From the IMG/VR virus record IMGVR_UViG_3300036769_000405: 64,000 nt of DNA; one strand, 5' to 3'. Each line of letters begins with the position of its first letter. Position 1 is the stretch's first letter. Of this stretch, positions 17,568 to 27,575 are shown in pieces. Origin of the DNA: an uncultured virus (IMG/VR IMGVR_UViG_3300036769_000405) (Duplodnaviria > Heunggongvirae > Uroviricota > Caudoviricetes). A program made the position numbers and the translations under genes. A model generated the notes under the pieces. That model made no database searches and was not told the DNA's origin. It worked only from the letters and a program-made list of their open reading frames with translations.

Positions 17568-19574
17568 ATGTTATCAAAAGAGATTTTGGTGTGGGCGCAA
17601 CAATATTACTACACAACAATGAACCTTGAGGGTAAAGATACTCTCACTACAAATGTTTCTGAAAAACAGGAACAACAGATCTTAACAGCTTACAGGAAAA
17701 CATTTGTATCACCTGTATCCAAAATCCTCTATGGAGAAGATAGAGATGCAATATCTCAGGAAGATGTTAACAAGTTTCTTCCAATTATGAGAGCGGCAAA
17801 ACTTCCTAGTGCAATTCATTATTTAAATGAAGTTGCTAGGGACTATATTCAGGGATCTGACATACAAACACAATTCAATCAGGCAGCTCAGTCATTTAAG
17901 GATTCTTCAAAAGAAGTTTACTTGATGACTAATAAGAGTACAGCCCCTTTCATCGGTTATATATCACACCACGATAAGTTAATTGGTGATTGGGATGTGG
18001 TTGATCTTTTTGTTATTGGTGAGACGCGGCGTTTCAACAAGGGACTTAATATCAATCAACTGGTACAATCGAACCCTACGAAGCTTACAGACTTCGGGAT
18101 TGATGCCTTAAGAACTCTAGTATCCCATGGAGTTGTTAACGCTGATAATCTTGCTAGAGAGAAGTACTGTATTCCTAATGTAAATGGAACAGGATTTCAG
18201 ATGGCAATTGTTAATGCTTTAACTCCACAACTCCCATCTTACTTTGTTCGAAAATTAATTAACGAACTTCCTGAAGCAACAAAGAACGACGCTGAATCAC
18301 CGTATCACGCTGCTTATGAATATGCACAACAACATCCAAATGATTACAGAACAGCGTTACGAGAATTAAAAGACATTTTGGATAATGCAAGCACCCCGCA
18401 GGCTACCGGTTTGACTGATGAGATTGTTGCTAAGTATATTAGTGACAAATATGGTCAAAGTATGGAGGATGTTCTCAACAACCTCTGTGTACCAACAGCT
18501 CAAAAATTATACACCTCTACATATTTTCTTGGAGAAGAAGACAGAGATTTATCAGCTGAGGAACTTGTTTCTAAAGTTAAAGAGAATCCTATGTCTGTTT
18601 GTGGCACAATGGATGAACTTCTGATTGCTTTCTGTACTCAGGAGAACTTCAGTCGTGAGCATACAATCAATGAACTGATTGACTTCATCAATGACGTTGA
18701 AGTTGCTGAAAAGCCCACTATACAGCAACAAGTAGCCTCATTCGCAGTAGAGAACTCTATCAACATGGAAACCACTCTACAGGAGTTTGTTGATGGTAGT
18801 AAGCATGTATTTGTCGACGATGCTGATGTTGCTATTGACCTGATCAGGAATTGTCCTACAATTTCTGATAATGTTAAGAATGATGTTATCAGGAGCATTC
18901 TTGATGATATTCCTGTAGATTATCCGGACATTACAACAACCCTATCTACAGCACATATTCCGGATGATATTATATCAGCAATTCTTGTAGCTTCTCAGAC
19001 AGGAGTATTTAATTATCCTGAAAAACCTGTTACAGATGAAGCTGTTGTTACATATCTAACAAGAGCAGGTATTCCGCGTACTGAAGCCACTGCAATTGCT
19101 TCTGGAAATATTCCGGAGACAAATAACAATACATTAAACTTACAAGGTTTAGGAATTTCTGAAACAGGCATACAAAATATCTTAGCTGGTGATTTCTCGA
19201 AACTGTCAGTGAATGAAGTTTCTATTATCTTGAAACCATACTTAAGTAATCTCGGATATACTGATTATGAAATCAGTAAGGTACTTGCCGGAAATGCACA
19301 CGCAACACAGCAAAGTCAATTCTTTGTTCTTGAAGATAAAGGATATAAAGCAGCTAACTCATTGTTGATTGACTTGCGAAATGCACTATCTACAGCAGAC
19401 TCTGATGACTTACGTTCAAGCTTATTACCTATTGTTTACTCTTACTTGAGAGTTCTCATGCTTAAGAGTGGTGATGAGAAAGACGCCGCAGAGTTCCTTG
19501 AATCAAAGAAATCTGGTTGCTCAGAACAAGTATCATCCTACATTGATAAGGCGGTTACAATTCTGGCTGATTAA
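17568..19574 (+). CDS. Large helical hypothetical protein
   Basis: 668 aa; repeated short helical units (LTRAGIP..EA..I, LQGLGISE..IQ.IL, LSNLGYTD.EI.KVL). Confidence 0.75.
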   Translation: MLSKEILVWAQQYYYTTMNLEGKDTLTTNVSEKQEQQILTAYRKTFVSPVSKILYGEDRDAISQEDVNKFLPIMRAAKLPSAIHYLNEVARDYIQGSDIQTQFNQAAQSFKDSSKEVYLMTNKSTAPFIGYISHHDKLIGDWDVVDLFVIGETRRFNKGLNINQLVQSNPTKLTDFGIDALRTLVSHGVVNADNLAREKYCIPNVNGTGFQMAIVNALTPQLPSYFVRKLINELPEATKNDAESPYHAAYEYAQQHPNDYRTALRELKDILDNASTPQATGLTDEIVAKYISDKYGQSMEDVLNNLCVPTAQKLYTSTYFLGEEDRDLSAEELVSKVKENPMSVCGTMDELLIAFCTQENFSREHTINELIDFINDVEVAEKPTIQQQVASFAVENSINMETTLQEFVDGSKHVFVDDADVAIDLIRNCPTISDNVKNDVIRSILDDIPVDYPDITTTLSTAHIPDDIISAILVASQTGVFNYPEKPVTDEAVVTYLTRAGIPRTEATAIASGNIPETNNNTLNLQGLGISETGIQNILAGDFSKLSVNEVSIILKPYLSNLGYTDYEISKVLAGNAHATQQSQFFVLEDKGYKAANSLLIDLRNALSTADSDDLRSSLLPIVYSYLRVLMLKSGDEKDAAEFLESKKSGCSEQVSSYIDKAVTILAD

Positions 19575-19602
19575 CGAAGTTCTAATAGAAAGGTGAATTA
19601 CA

Positions 19603-20364
19603 ATGAAGAAATCTTATGCTTTACTTTTGTTACTTACATTAACGTTATTACTTAGTGGCTGTGGAAACACAGCCACTGAGCTATCGACTGACTCTGAAGT
19701 TGCTGCAGTTGTTGAAGAAACAACTGAGATGCCACCTGAGATAATATACATTGATGGTTATCACGACGATGAACTATTGGCTCAACCAGTTGTTGTAGAA
19801 GATGTTTGGGAGCAAGTTAAATCCTATGCTGAATCCTACAATACACTCTGTGTAACAGTTTATGAATCTGATACCGAGCAGGATGGTGTCACAGATTATG
19901 GTAGTGTTTATATGTCTTGTTGTGATACTACAGAGTTTGCAGAAACATTTAACATAGACCTGAGTAATATAACAAACTGTTATGAGGCTGAAATGTCCGT
20001 AATATCAGCTACTGGTTGTGACCTTACCACAGATAAACTTGTTCTTGATGAGAATGATGATCGTCCATTTAACAGACTTATGTTTACTGTTACTGATGGT
20101 AGTAAATTAGCAGATGAACTTGCAGCAAACTTTGACGGTGATGTTACCGATTATGTTACACAAGTTAATGTTCAGTGGAATGGTGAACAGTATTGGCTTG
20201 GTTATTACATGATTGATATTACATACGGCGAGAATTCACATCATTATATTACATATGCTTTTGATAACTACAATGTAGATATGGATTCATCTGCAATGGA
20301 ATCCGGTTCAGGTTGTTGTAATAACATGTCTGAAATGGTTATGGAAGAATCTACTGAAGAATAA
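19603..20364 (+). CDS. Putative acidic lipoprotein
   Basis: MKK-hydrophobic-LLSGC lipobox. Confidence 0.8.
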   Translation: MKKSYALLLLLTLTLLLSGCGNTATELSTDSEVAAVVEETTEMPPEIIYIDGYHDDELLAQPVVVEDVWEQVKSYAESYNTLCVTVYESDTEQDGVTDYGSVYMSCCDTTEFAETFNIDLSNITNCYEAEMSVISATGCDLTTDKLVLDENDDRPFNRLMFTVTDGSKLADELAANFDGDVTDYVTQVNVQWNGEQYWLGYYMIDITYGENSHHYITYAFDNYNVDMDSSAMESGSGCCNNMSEMVMEESTEE

Positions 20365-20390
20365 CCAACTAATTATAGGAGGTAAGAAAG

Positions 20391-22625
20391 ATGAAGAAAT
20401 CTTTACGCAATATACTTTTATGCCTACCTATACTTGCATTAATTTGCTTTATACCAACAATTGTTCAAGCAGCTTGTTACAACTCTTCAGGCTGTGCTTG
20501 TGGTGGAAAATCAGCATGTTCTTTAGCTGCACGTTGTGTTGATTCATGTGTAGGTCACAATTGGACAGATACTCGTGATGTAACTAGTGGTTCTGTTACT
20601 TGCACAACAGGACAAACTATAGACCACCAAAAGTATTGTAGTATATGTGGAGTATGGTTATCAACAGGTACAAGTACAACATCAGCATTAGGTCATTCGT
20701 GGTCTACTACATGGTGTAATAGTTATTCAAGTCATTGGCATGTTTGTTCCCGTTGTGGTGCTACAGCAGACGGTGCTTATCATAGTTTTGGTTCATGGAC
20801 TAATGCTGGTGGTAATCATACTCGTAAATGTACTGTATGTGGTTATACAGAGACTGGAGATCATAGTTTTGGCGGCTATGCTTGTAATCACAATGGTACA
20901 AAAACCAAGAAATGTGGAACATGTGGTGCTACATCTACAGCAAACATTACTTATTATGTTAGTTACAGTGCTAATACATCAGCATTTGCAAGTAATTGTC
21001 CCAATAAGACAGCATCCGGTTCAACATCTACTCAGACCTGTACTTATGGTTACACTTATTCAGCACTGAGTGCTTTGACCAATCCTTATTATAGACAAAC
21101 AAGTTGGAGTGGTTTAAGATGCGGTGCGTCTTATGCGAATTTGAAAGCTTGTGAAGGCGATACTTATTCCAACAGTGCAGTTTGGGCAGCAAAGAAATAT
21201 CGTATTCAATACAATATCAATGCTCCATCTTCTGTATACAGCGGCACTTCTACAATAACAGGTTACATTAGTACAGAGAGTTCTGTAACTTTACTATCTA
21301 ATCCTGATTATTACTGTCGTGGTTACTATGTAGTTGGTTGGTCAACCAATCCAAATGCTTCATCTGCTTCTTATAGTCTTGGTGCTACTGAAGGGGCCTT
21401 TTGGTATGCACCTCCTGGAACATCCGATTCGGATGTTTTAAATCTCTATGCTATTTGGAAACCTTATACTTATGAAGTAACCTATAAAGCTGGAGATGGT
21501 GTTGGTGCAGATTATACAGAGACATGGACCTACAATTCTAACCATAATCTATTTAATAACACACCACAATTACCAAACACATCTGGAACTACAACACCTA
21601 GATTTACAAAAGAGGGTTATTACATTGATTACTGGATTGTTAGTGCAACTGGTACTCGTGAAACATCACTTGATGCTAAGACATTGCTGACTGGTACTGG
21701 TTACTCTGGCGATACGATTGTAAGTGCTACAAAGGCTTATAAGAATATCATCACTCCTGGTGGATTCTCAGGTCAGTTACTATCACCAAATGTGACCAAA
21801 GGTCATGATTGTAAGGTAACATTAACAGCTCACTGGGCTCCAATAAGATACAAGGTACAGTATAACAATGATACAACTTCAATTGTAAATCGTGGTTATA
21901 CTTCAAGTACAGGAACTTACACAACACCTGCATATGATTATGCAGCTTATTATGATTTGTATAATTTACCTAGTACAAGATCAAATAAGTATGGAGATTC
22001 TACATGGTTAGGTTATGGTGTTTCTAATGGTGATGTTAGTAAGAACCCTAAGTGGTATTTGAATGGCAGATCTCCTGCAAGTTATGCTTCAGGAAGATTG
22101 ACACAAATTACTGCTACAAACCTTACAGGACTTGTAACTACATCTGGAACAACATATGCTAATTACTTCAAGTATCTGAATAGTGGAACTATTCAATCAT
22201 TCCCCATTTACTGTGTATGGGATGATTGCCCTGGTATTGAACCAATTGATTTGCAGTGGGGTGGAAATGCTTATGATGCAAACTCTATTATACAGTATGA
22301 TAAGATGACTAACTCCAGTACTAAATCTGGACTTGAATCAGAGTATCAGATTCTTAACAATATTGCTAATAAGAATACTGTTTGGGATCGTGAAGATGAT
22401 GTAAGTTCTATTACATCTGATATGAAGAATAAATATTACTTACAAGCATTCAGTAACTTGAATATCAAGAATCAGAAAGTATACAGTAATGGTACTGTTG
22501 AACCTACAGCATATGAGTTAAAGTACACTGTTATTGATGATAATGGTAATACTTATCAAACCACGCGTAAACTCTATGTTGGTGATTTAGCTGATATTAA
22601 AGTTGGTGGTTCTGCTTTACAGTAA
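20391..22625 (+). CDS. Secreted protein with Cys/His-rich repeats and InlB B-repeat-like domains
   Basis: Signal peptide VQA/A; repeats GHSW..HWHVCSRCG, YHSF..HTRKCTVCG, DHSF..KKCGTCG; GYYVVGWST/LYAIW and GYYIDYW/LTAHW motifs. Confidence 0.75.
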   Translation: MKKSLRNILLCLPILALICFIPTIVQAACYNSSGCACGGKSACSLAARCVDSCVGHNWTDTRDVTSGSVTCTTGQTIDHQKYCSICGVWLSTGTSTTSALGHSWSTTWCNSYSSHWHVCSRCGATADGAYHSFGSWTNAGGNHTRKCTVCGYTETGDHSFGGYACNHNGTKTKKCGTCGATSTANITYYVSYSANTSAFASNCPNKTASGSTSTQTCTYGYTYSALSALTNPYYRQTSWSGLRCGASYANLKACEGDTYSNSAVWAAKKYRIQYNINAPSSVYSGTSTITGYISTESSVTLLSNPDYYCRGYYVVGWSTNPNASSASYSLGATEGAFWYAPPGTSDSDVLNLYAIWKPYTYEVTYKAGDGVGADYTETWTYNSNHNLFNNTPQLPNTSGTTTPRFTKEGYYIDYWIVSATGTRETSLDAKTLLTGTGYSGDTIVSATKAYKNIITPGGFSGQLLSPNVTKGHDCKVTLTAHWAPIRYKVQYNNDTTSIVNRGYTSSTGTYTTPAYDYAAYYDLYNLPSTRSNKYGDSTWLGYGVSNGDVSKNPKWYLNGRSPASYASGRLTQITATNLTGLVTTSGTTYANYFKYLNSGTIQSFPIYCVWDDCPGIEPIDLQWGGNAYDANSIIQYDKMTNSSTKSGLESEYQILNNIANKNTVWDREDDVSSITSDMKNKYYLQAFSNLNIKNQKVYSNGTVEPTAYELKYTVIDDNGNTYQTTRKLYVGDLADIKVGGSALQ

Positions 22626-22630
22626 AATTC

Positions 22631-22659
22631 AGAGGGTGTTCTATTATAGAACACCCTCT
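22631..22659. terminator. Perfect 13-bp stem-loop
   Basis: AGAGGGTGTTCTA-tta-TAGAACACCCTCT directly after the stop. Confidence 0.75.
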
Positions 22660-22700
22660 ATAAAATGTTATACATGATTTGTATTTATAAGGAGATTCAT

Positions 22701-23165
22701 ATGAACATATTTGGTTGCATTCTTTTTACATCTCTTGGAATTTTACTAATAATTACTTTACCTCAATTACTTAAGTTTGAAGAAAAAGATTACTCAAAAT
22801 TTTCTGTAACTACAGGTCAAGTTTTGCATGAAGAATATTTTACTGGCTGCAGATGGATTGTTGAGTTTACAGATGAAAATGGTAATGAAGCTATTGGTAT
22901 GGATGATATAAATTCCTATAATTCTTTTAACTATAAGAAATATACTTTACCTAAATTTGGGACAGCAGAAGAAATATTTTATTGGAGATACAATGGTAAG
23001 TCTGAATACAGTATTAATGGTAAAAGAGTGTATTATTATATACATTTCTGTAATGAAAGATTCTATGATTTACAAAGAGCTTTATGTAAAAGAAATTGTA
23101 TTATAGGTATTGTTATAGGATGTTCCTTTATTATAGCCGGTATTTTAATTTTGTTATTTAGTTAA
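22701..23165 (+). CDS. Two-TM membrane protein
   Basis: N- and C-terminal hydrophobic helices; AAGGAG SD before ATG 22701; very AT-rich. Confidence 0.7.
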   Translation: MNIFGCILFTSLGILLIITLPQLLKFEEKDYSKFSVTTGQVLHEEYFTGCRWIVEFTDENGNEAIGMDDINSYNSFNYKKYTLPKFGTAEEIFYWRYNGKSEYSINGKRVYYYIHFCNERFYDLQRALCKRNCIIGIVIGCSFIIAGILILLFS

Positions 23166-23281
23166 TACTATTTAGCTTAAAGATAGATTATTTTATATAA
23201 GATACGAAAATTAAACTGAACTTTTTTCAGTTACATACAATATATAAATGTAAAGTTAATTTTATGTAAGGAGGTGACTAC

Positions 23282-23560
23282 ATGAGTGACGAATTAAAAG
23301 AAATCAGTGAAACAAATAACGTCATGGCTTCTATCGCTGATGCTGTTGACAAACTCCAATTCGACGGAGAGGCACTGAAAGGTCAGGAAATTGACCAAAC
23401 AAAAGTTGATTGGTATACTCACCGTTTTGATTTATTTGTCAGTGATGGCGTTTATGCTGCTATCAATGCTTATCTTCAGAAGTTACAATCTGAGGATATG
23501 AATGAACTTACCAGAGCTGTTATTTTGCATGAAGCATTAAACAGACAATTAAACAAGTAG
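23282..23560 (+). CDS. Hypothetical protein
   Basis: 92 aa, AAGGAGGTG SD. Confidence 0.75.
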   Translation: MSDELKEISETNNVMASIADAVDKLQFDGEALKGQEIDQTKVDWYTHRFDLFVSDGVYAAINAYLQKLQSEDMNELTRAVILHEALNRQLNK

Positions 23561-23574
23561 GAGGATTTTTACTA

Positions 23575-24591
23575 ATGGTAACACAAGGAACACTTAAAAG
23601 AAAAAGAAAGAAAGAAATTATGAGAAAACGGTGTATTGTAGCTTTGGGAGTGATTGTAACTGCAGCAGTTGCAATAGCTCTAACAGTAACACTTGATAAA
23701 GAGGATGTACAGAATTACTTGCTTTCAATTTATGCAGATAAGTTTGCAATCGAAGAGTCTACAGAATCTGAACCATTACCGGTTTCTGCAGGTGTAGCAG
23801 AAACACTAAATAGTTGTCTGACTGATGACTATTCTGCAACGATTCAGACAAAAAGTCGAGAATTAGTGCAAGCAGCAGCTTATGTATCAGCAGAAGACAA
23901 TTTTATTGAAATCGTAGAAAACTTTAAAGATTACTGTTTAAGTAATTCTCAAGTTTCTATTGATTACAACCATTACGTTATAATTGGAGGTAATCAGGTT
24001 GATTTAGCTGAGGTACATTCACAGACTGATAATACAACATTGGAATCTCATATTGTTATCACAAAACCAGATTATGCTTTGGATATGTGGTACAATCAAT
24101 CTTCCAAAGATTACTTTGTAAATCTTTCTGCAAATGATCAACAGTCAAATTGGGTGTATATTGACAACTCTGCTGAGGAGTCACTTTATAACTTCATAAA
24201 CAATCAGGTTGTATATCAAAGTACTTACAATACTCTAAGTACTGTTTTAAGTGAGATAATTACTAATGGTAATTATGAGGTAATTCCTGGTGTCAATGAG
24301 GATTCATATGCTATTACATACACATCAGATTCACTTACTGATTGGAGTATGCAACCAACATTTTACCATAATAACTTAGAAAGCTGGAATATAACTATTC
24401 AGCAGATAAGTACCCGATTTTTTGTAAATATAACTTTTAACTATACAGATGCTTCCTCTGTATCTACTGAGCTGATGTCTTATTCTTTCGAACCTACCAA
24501 CAGTTGCAACATTAGCCTACCTCTTGAAGTAACTGAGCAGTGTGGTACACTAAGTAACCTTGAAATCATCTATAATTATGTAAAGGAGTAA
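23575..24591 (+). CDS. Membrane-anchored extracellular protein
   Basis: Basic N-terminus, TM CIVALGVIVTAAVAIAL, beta-rich acidic ectodomain. Confidence 0.7.
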   Translation: MVTQGTLKRKRKKEIMRKRCIVALGVIVTAAVAIALTVTLDKEDVQNYLLSIYADKFAIEESTESEPLPVSAGVAETLNSCLTDDYSATIQTKSRELVQAAAYVSAEDNFIEIVENFKDYCLSNSQVSIDYNHYVIIGGNQVDLAEVHSQTDNTTLESHIVITKPDYALDMWYNQSSKDYFVNLSANDQQSNWVYIDNSAEESLYNFINNQVVYQSTYNTLSTVLSEIITNGNYEVIPGVNEDSYAITYTSDSLTDWSMQPTFYHNNLESWNITIQQISTRFFVNITFNYTDASSVSTELMSYSFEPTNSCNISLPLEVTEQCGTLSNLEIIYNYVKE

Positions 24592-24597
24592 AAAATT

Positions 24598-25743
24598 ATG
24601 TCTCAATTCACATGTCCTTTTTGTAAAGGAAAGTTAGTTACCTATGGTAGTTTTTCTTTATTATGTACAACTTGTAGAACATTTACAAGCAAGTCTAGTA
24701 AGAGAGTTGAGTTAACGGATAAATCTCCGGCTTACTTGAAAGAGTCTGTAACATTTCTGGAGAAATTTAAGGAAGCATCTCCGGTGCTGGTTCTATCAAA
24801 AGCAAAACTTTACGAGCCTGATTTTGTTGCAAGTGAAACCATGTTTTTCGGATCAAAGAAAATTGTTGATGGAGTAATTTGTAACTCTATTGATGGTTAT
24901 AAGAATATCAGAAATATTAGTGATTATCACCTTATTGCAGGACAGGGTCAAATTGCAGATCAGTTGGTTAATCGATTAAAATTTGCTTTGCTCCATGAAG
25001 CAGATCAGAATCCTATGCTTTATACCGAATATCCGGAGCCAGGTAGAATTTTGTGGGAGAAGACTCTGTTTGCATCCGTACCACAAGAGTTTCTATCGCA
25101 GGATAAGATGAGTGTTTTGCAGGCATATTTCCAGCCCACACTTGAGGGTATGATTCATACTTTGTTGATCAATGGTGGCTGGGCAGAGAGAGTTCATTTG
25201 TCACCATTAAGTGATGAACAAGCATTGTATTCTTGGATTTTCTGTGAACCTTATATCAATGTAGGTTGGGGTAAAGGATTTCTTGGATTACAGGATAAGT
25301 TGTGGTCCTATGTCAAAGCTATTTTGAGTGACCTGCACACAATCAATCTTGATAAACAAGAATTGCCAACAATGGATAATAAATGGATGTATGAGTACGC
25401 CGATGTGTACTACAGATCAATGCCTTCAACAGCAGTCAATTGCGACGGTGGAGAAATTTTTACAGGAGTAAATATCGCATTTGATATCTTGAACCATGAA
25501 TTAACATTGGACGGTATGCAATATGCACCTACAGATGGTGCTGCTGGAGCAGCTACAAATGGTCATTTCCGTGCCTACACTTTATTTGCACAGTTATTTG
25601 ATAAATACTGTGTTGAACAGAAAGCCTTTGGTATGGAAGCTAAGAACAAATTCATGAATGGTAACAAACCGTTCGATTTAAAATGTAACACAAATGAATT
25701 CATTCTTGAATTTTGGCAGAGAATGAAAGTTCATATTTCTTAA
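24598..25743 (+). CDS. Hypothetical protein with N-terminal zinc ribbon
   Basis: CPFC...CTTC at the N-terminus. Confidence 0.7.
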   Translation: MSQFTCPFCKGKLVTYGSFSLLCTTCRTFTSKSSKRVELTDKSPAYLKESVTFLEKFKEASPVLVLSKAKLYEPDFVASETMFFGSKKIVDGVICNSIDGYKNIRNISDYHLIAGQGQIADQLVNRLKFALLHEADQNPMLYTEYPEPGRILWEKTLFASVPQEFLSQDKMSVLQAYFQPTLEGMIHTLLINGGWAERVHLSPLSDEQALYSWIFCEPYINVGWGKGFLGLQDKLWSYVKAILSDLHTINLDKQELPTMDNKWMYEYADVYYRSMPSTAVNCDGGEIFTGVNIAFDILNHELTLDGMQYAPTDGAAGAATNGHFRAYTLFAQLFDKYCVEQKAFGMEAKNKFMNGNKPFDLKCNTNEFILEFWQRMKVHIS

Positions 25744-25801
25744 GAAAGGAGATTAAATACTTACTACTTGATAACAAGTTAGCATAACTCTAAGTAACCT
25801 T

Positions 25802-26098
25802 GTGCAGTTCTATCAGTTACATGAATTGTATTACCTTGTAGTGAAGCAAAGACTTGACAAGTATTTGGGTAAACATTTCACAATGGCTGAGAGAACTGTA
25901 CGTTTAAAACGAAATAACAAAGATTGTTTTTATTTAGTAGAAGATGCTGAACTAAGAAATGGTAATATAACATTCTCTATACTCAATGATTTCTACACTT
26001 ACAAAGCATCATTTACAGCATATAGAAGATATGGTAAACAAACAGTAATTGATTGCACAAAACTGGTACTCGTTAGTATTGTACGAAAGGAGTCTTGA
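25802..26098 (+). CDS. Hypothetical protein (start uncertain)
   Basis: 98-aa ORF; the frame is open further upstream toward an AAGGAG SD. Confidence 0.55.
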   Translation: MQFYQLHELYYLVVKQRLDKYLGKHFTMAERTVRLKRNNKDCFYLVEDAELRNGNITFSILNDFYTYKASFTAYRRYGKQTVIDCTKLVLVSIVRKES

Positions 26099-26099
26099 C

Positions 26100-26900
26100 G
26101 TGCTTGGAGTACATCAAGTTTTTAGTTCACCTATGGAGTTAGTTATAACAGATACTCTAAGATTAGGTGCTGATACTTTTCAAATATTTATACGAAATAA
26201 CAGAAACATGAAACAGAGACAAATAACACCTTATGAAATAAGTTGTTTTAATCATAATTTATTAAAATCTGATTTAACATCATTCGTGGTACATGCAGCT
26301 TATGCTATGAATCCTTGTACATCAGATGTGTATCAACGTGAACGTCTTAAAAAGATTATAAGTGCTGATCTGCATTTAATGAATGAAATGGCTGGAATAA
26401 AATACTACGTTCTACATCCGGGTTCAGCCAAAGACTTGAGCACTAAAGAGGCGCTGGATAATCTAGCTTTAGTTTTACATGACATTAAGCAAGATATAGG
26501 AAGCACACATATTGCTTTGGAGTTTATGTCTGGTGCAGGTACTCAAATGCTTAGTACACCAGAGCAAATTATTTATATAATGTCAACATGTTATGATATT
26601 CCACACTTATGTATTTGTTTTGATACTTGCCATGTATATGCTGCTGGTTATAACCTGTGGAAGACATATGATATACTAAAACAGTATATAGGCGTCGTAC
26701 ATTTGAATAATTCATATTCTACGTATGGCTCACGTAGAGATCGACATGAAGCACTAGATAAAGGTAAAATACCTTTAGATGATTTATTGGAGTTAGCTAC
26801 TGATTTTAACAAATCTACTTATAGACCAATAATACTCGAAACTCCAGGTGCAACCATCTATTCCGATTTTGCATTATGTAAGGAAGCTCTAAAAATTTAA
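26100..26900 (+). CDS. nfo: Endonuclease IV (AP endonuclease family 2)
   Basis: LGVH, VHAAYAMN, VLHPGS, LEFMSG, CFDTCHVYAAG, HLNNS, DRHE, ILETP. Confidence 0.9.
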   Translation: MLGVHQVFSSPMELVITDTLRLGADTFQIFIRNNRNMKQRQITPYEISCFNHNLLKSDLTSFVVHAAYAMNPCTSDVYQRERLKKIISADLHLMNEMAGIKYYVLHPGSAKDLSTKEALDNLALVLHDIKQDIGSTHIALEFMSGAGTQMLSTPEQIIYIMSTCYDIPHLCICFDTCHVYAAGYNLWKTYDILKQYIGVVHLNNSYSTYGSRRDRHEALDKGKIPLDDLLELATDFNKSTYRPIILETPGATIYSDFALCKEALKI

Positions 26901-26914
26901 ATATAGCTTCCATT

Positions 26915-26942
26915 TATTTCTAAAGCATTGCATATAAATTTG
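26915..26942 (+). promoter_or_regulatory. Putative promoter motif TATTT-N11-CATATA-N4-TG
   Basis: Same spacing as 10747 and 48621. Confidence 0.5.
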
Positions 26943-26959
26943 AATAAGTATTAATTCTT

Positions 26960-27230
26960 TCTTGGATTACCTTCTTCCCCTAAAATCCACTTCAGAGGTA
27001 TGGTCACTAACCCTGTCATACCTCATCCTCCCTGTTGTTAATCAAGTTGTTAATATTATATAACTACTTAATTAACCATAGGATTCCACGCCTATGGCGA
27101 ACTTCTGATGAATCATAGTGACCACATGCTATGATAACATTGTAGAATAACTCCTAGCGGTGTGCAGGATTCTCTCATACCTGCACATCTCTAGGTGCTA
27201 CTCTGACCTAAATAAATGAAAGGAGGAGGT
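26960..27230 (+). ncRNA. Candidate structured 5' leader or ncRNA (about 5 consecutive hairpins)
   Basis: GAGGTATG/CATACCTC, CCATAGG/CCTATGG, ATCATAG/CTATGAT, TGTGCAGG/CCTGCACA stems in a gene-free 330-nt gap. Confidence 0.55.
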
Positions 27231-27234
27231 TGTT

Positions 27235-27435
27235 ATGTCATTTCGTGAATGGTTATACGATCAGCTTCTCGCTGATGATTTAATCGATGAAGATATGTAT
27301 ACGGCAGATGACATTAACGAAGATATGATGTTGACTGAGACGGATCTTGAAAGTTACGATATTGATATCTACAGAGATCAGTTCGAAGAACATTGTAAGT
27401 CTGTTGGTGTTGAGCCGGAATGGGACGTAGACTAA
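27235..27435 (+). CDS. Very acidic small protein (possible DNA mimic)
   Basis: 66 aa with 23 D/E; strong AAAGGAGGAGGT SD. Confidence 0.75.
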   Translation: MSFREWLYDQLLADDLIDEDMYTADDINEDMMLTETDLESYDIDIYRDQFEEHCKSVGVEPEWDVD

Positions 27436-27575
27436 CTTAAGTATTATACTACGTCCGAGTAAGTCGCCTAATTGGACATAGTTAACTTGAGCCTTTACGC
27501 CACACAATTCCCTTTTATGGGGCACATTTTATCAAAACATTTCCCAGTATGGGACACATTAAAGGAGAACAAATT

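Noticed and set aside
208..19574. Shared short helical motif (LP...LP...A) in ORFs 208, 3151, 13056 and 17568
   Set aside because: Similarity is too weak to distinguish from chance without profile alignment
27105..27140. CTGATGA followed by a stem, suggesting a hammerhead ribozyme
   Set aside because: The stem is followed by AAC, not the required GAAA, and I see no stems I/III
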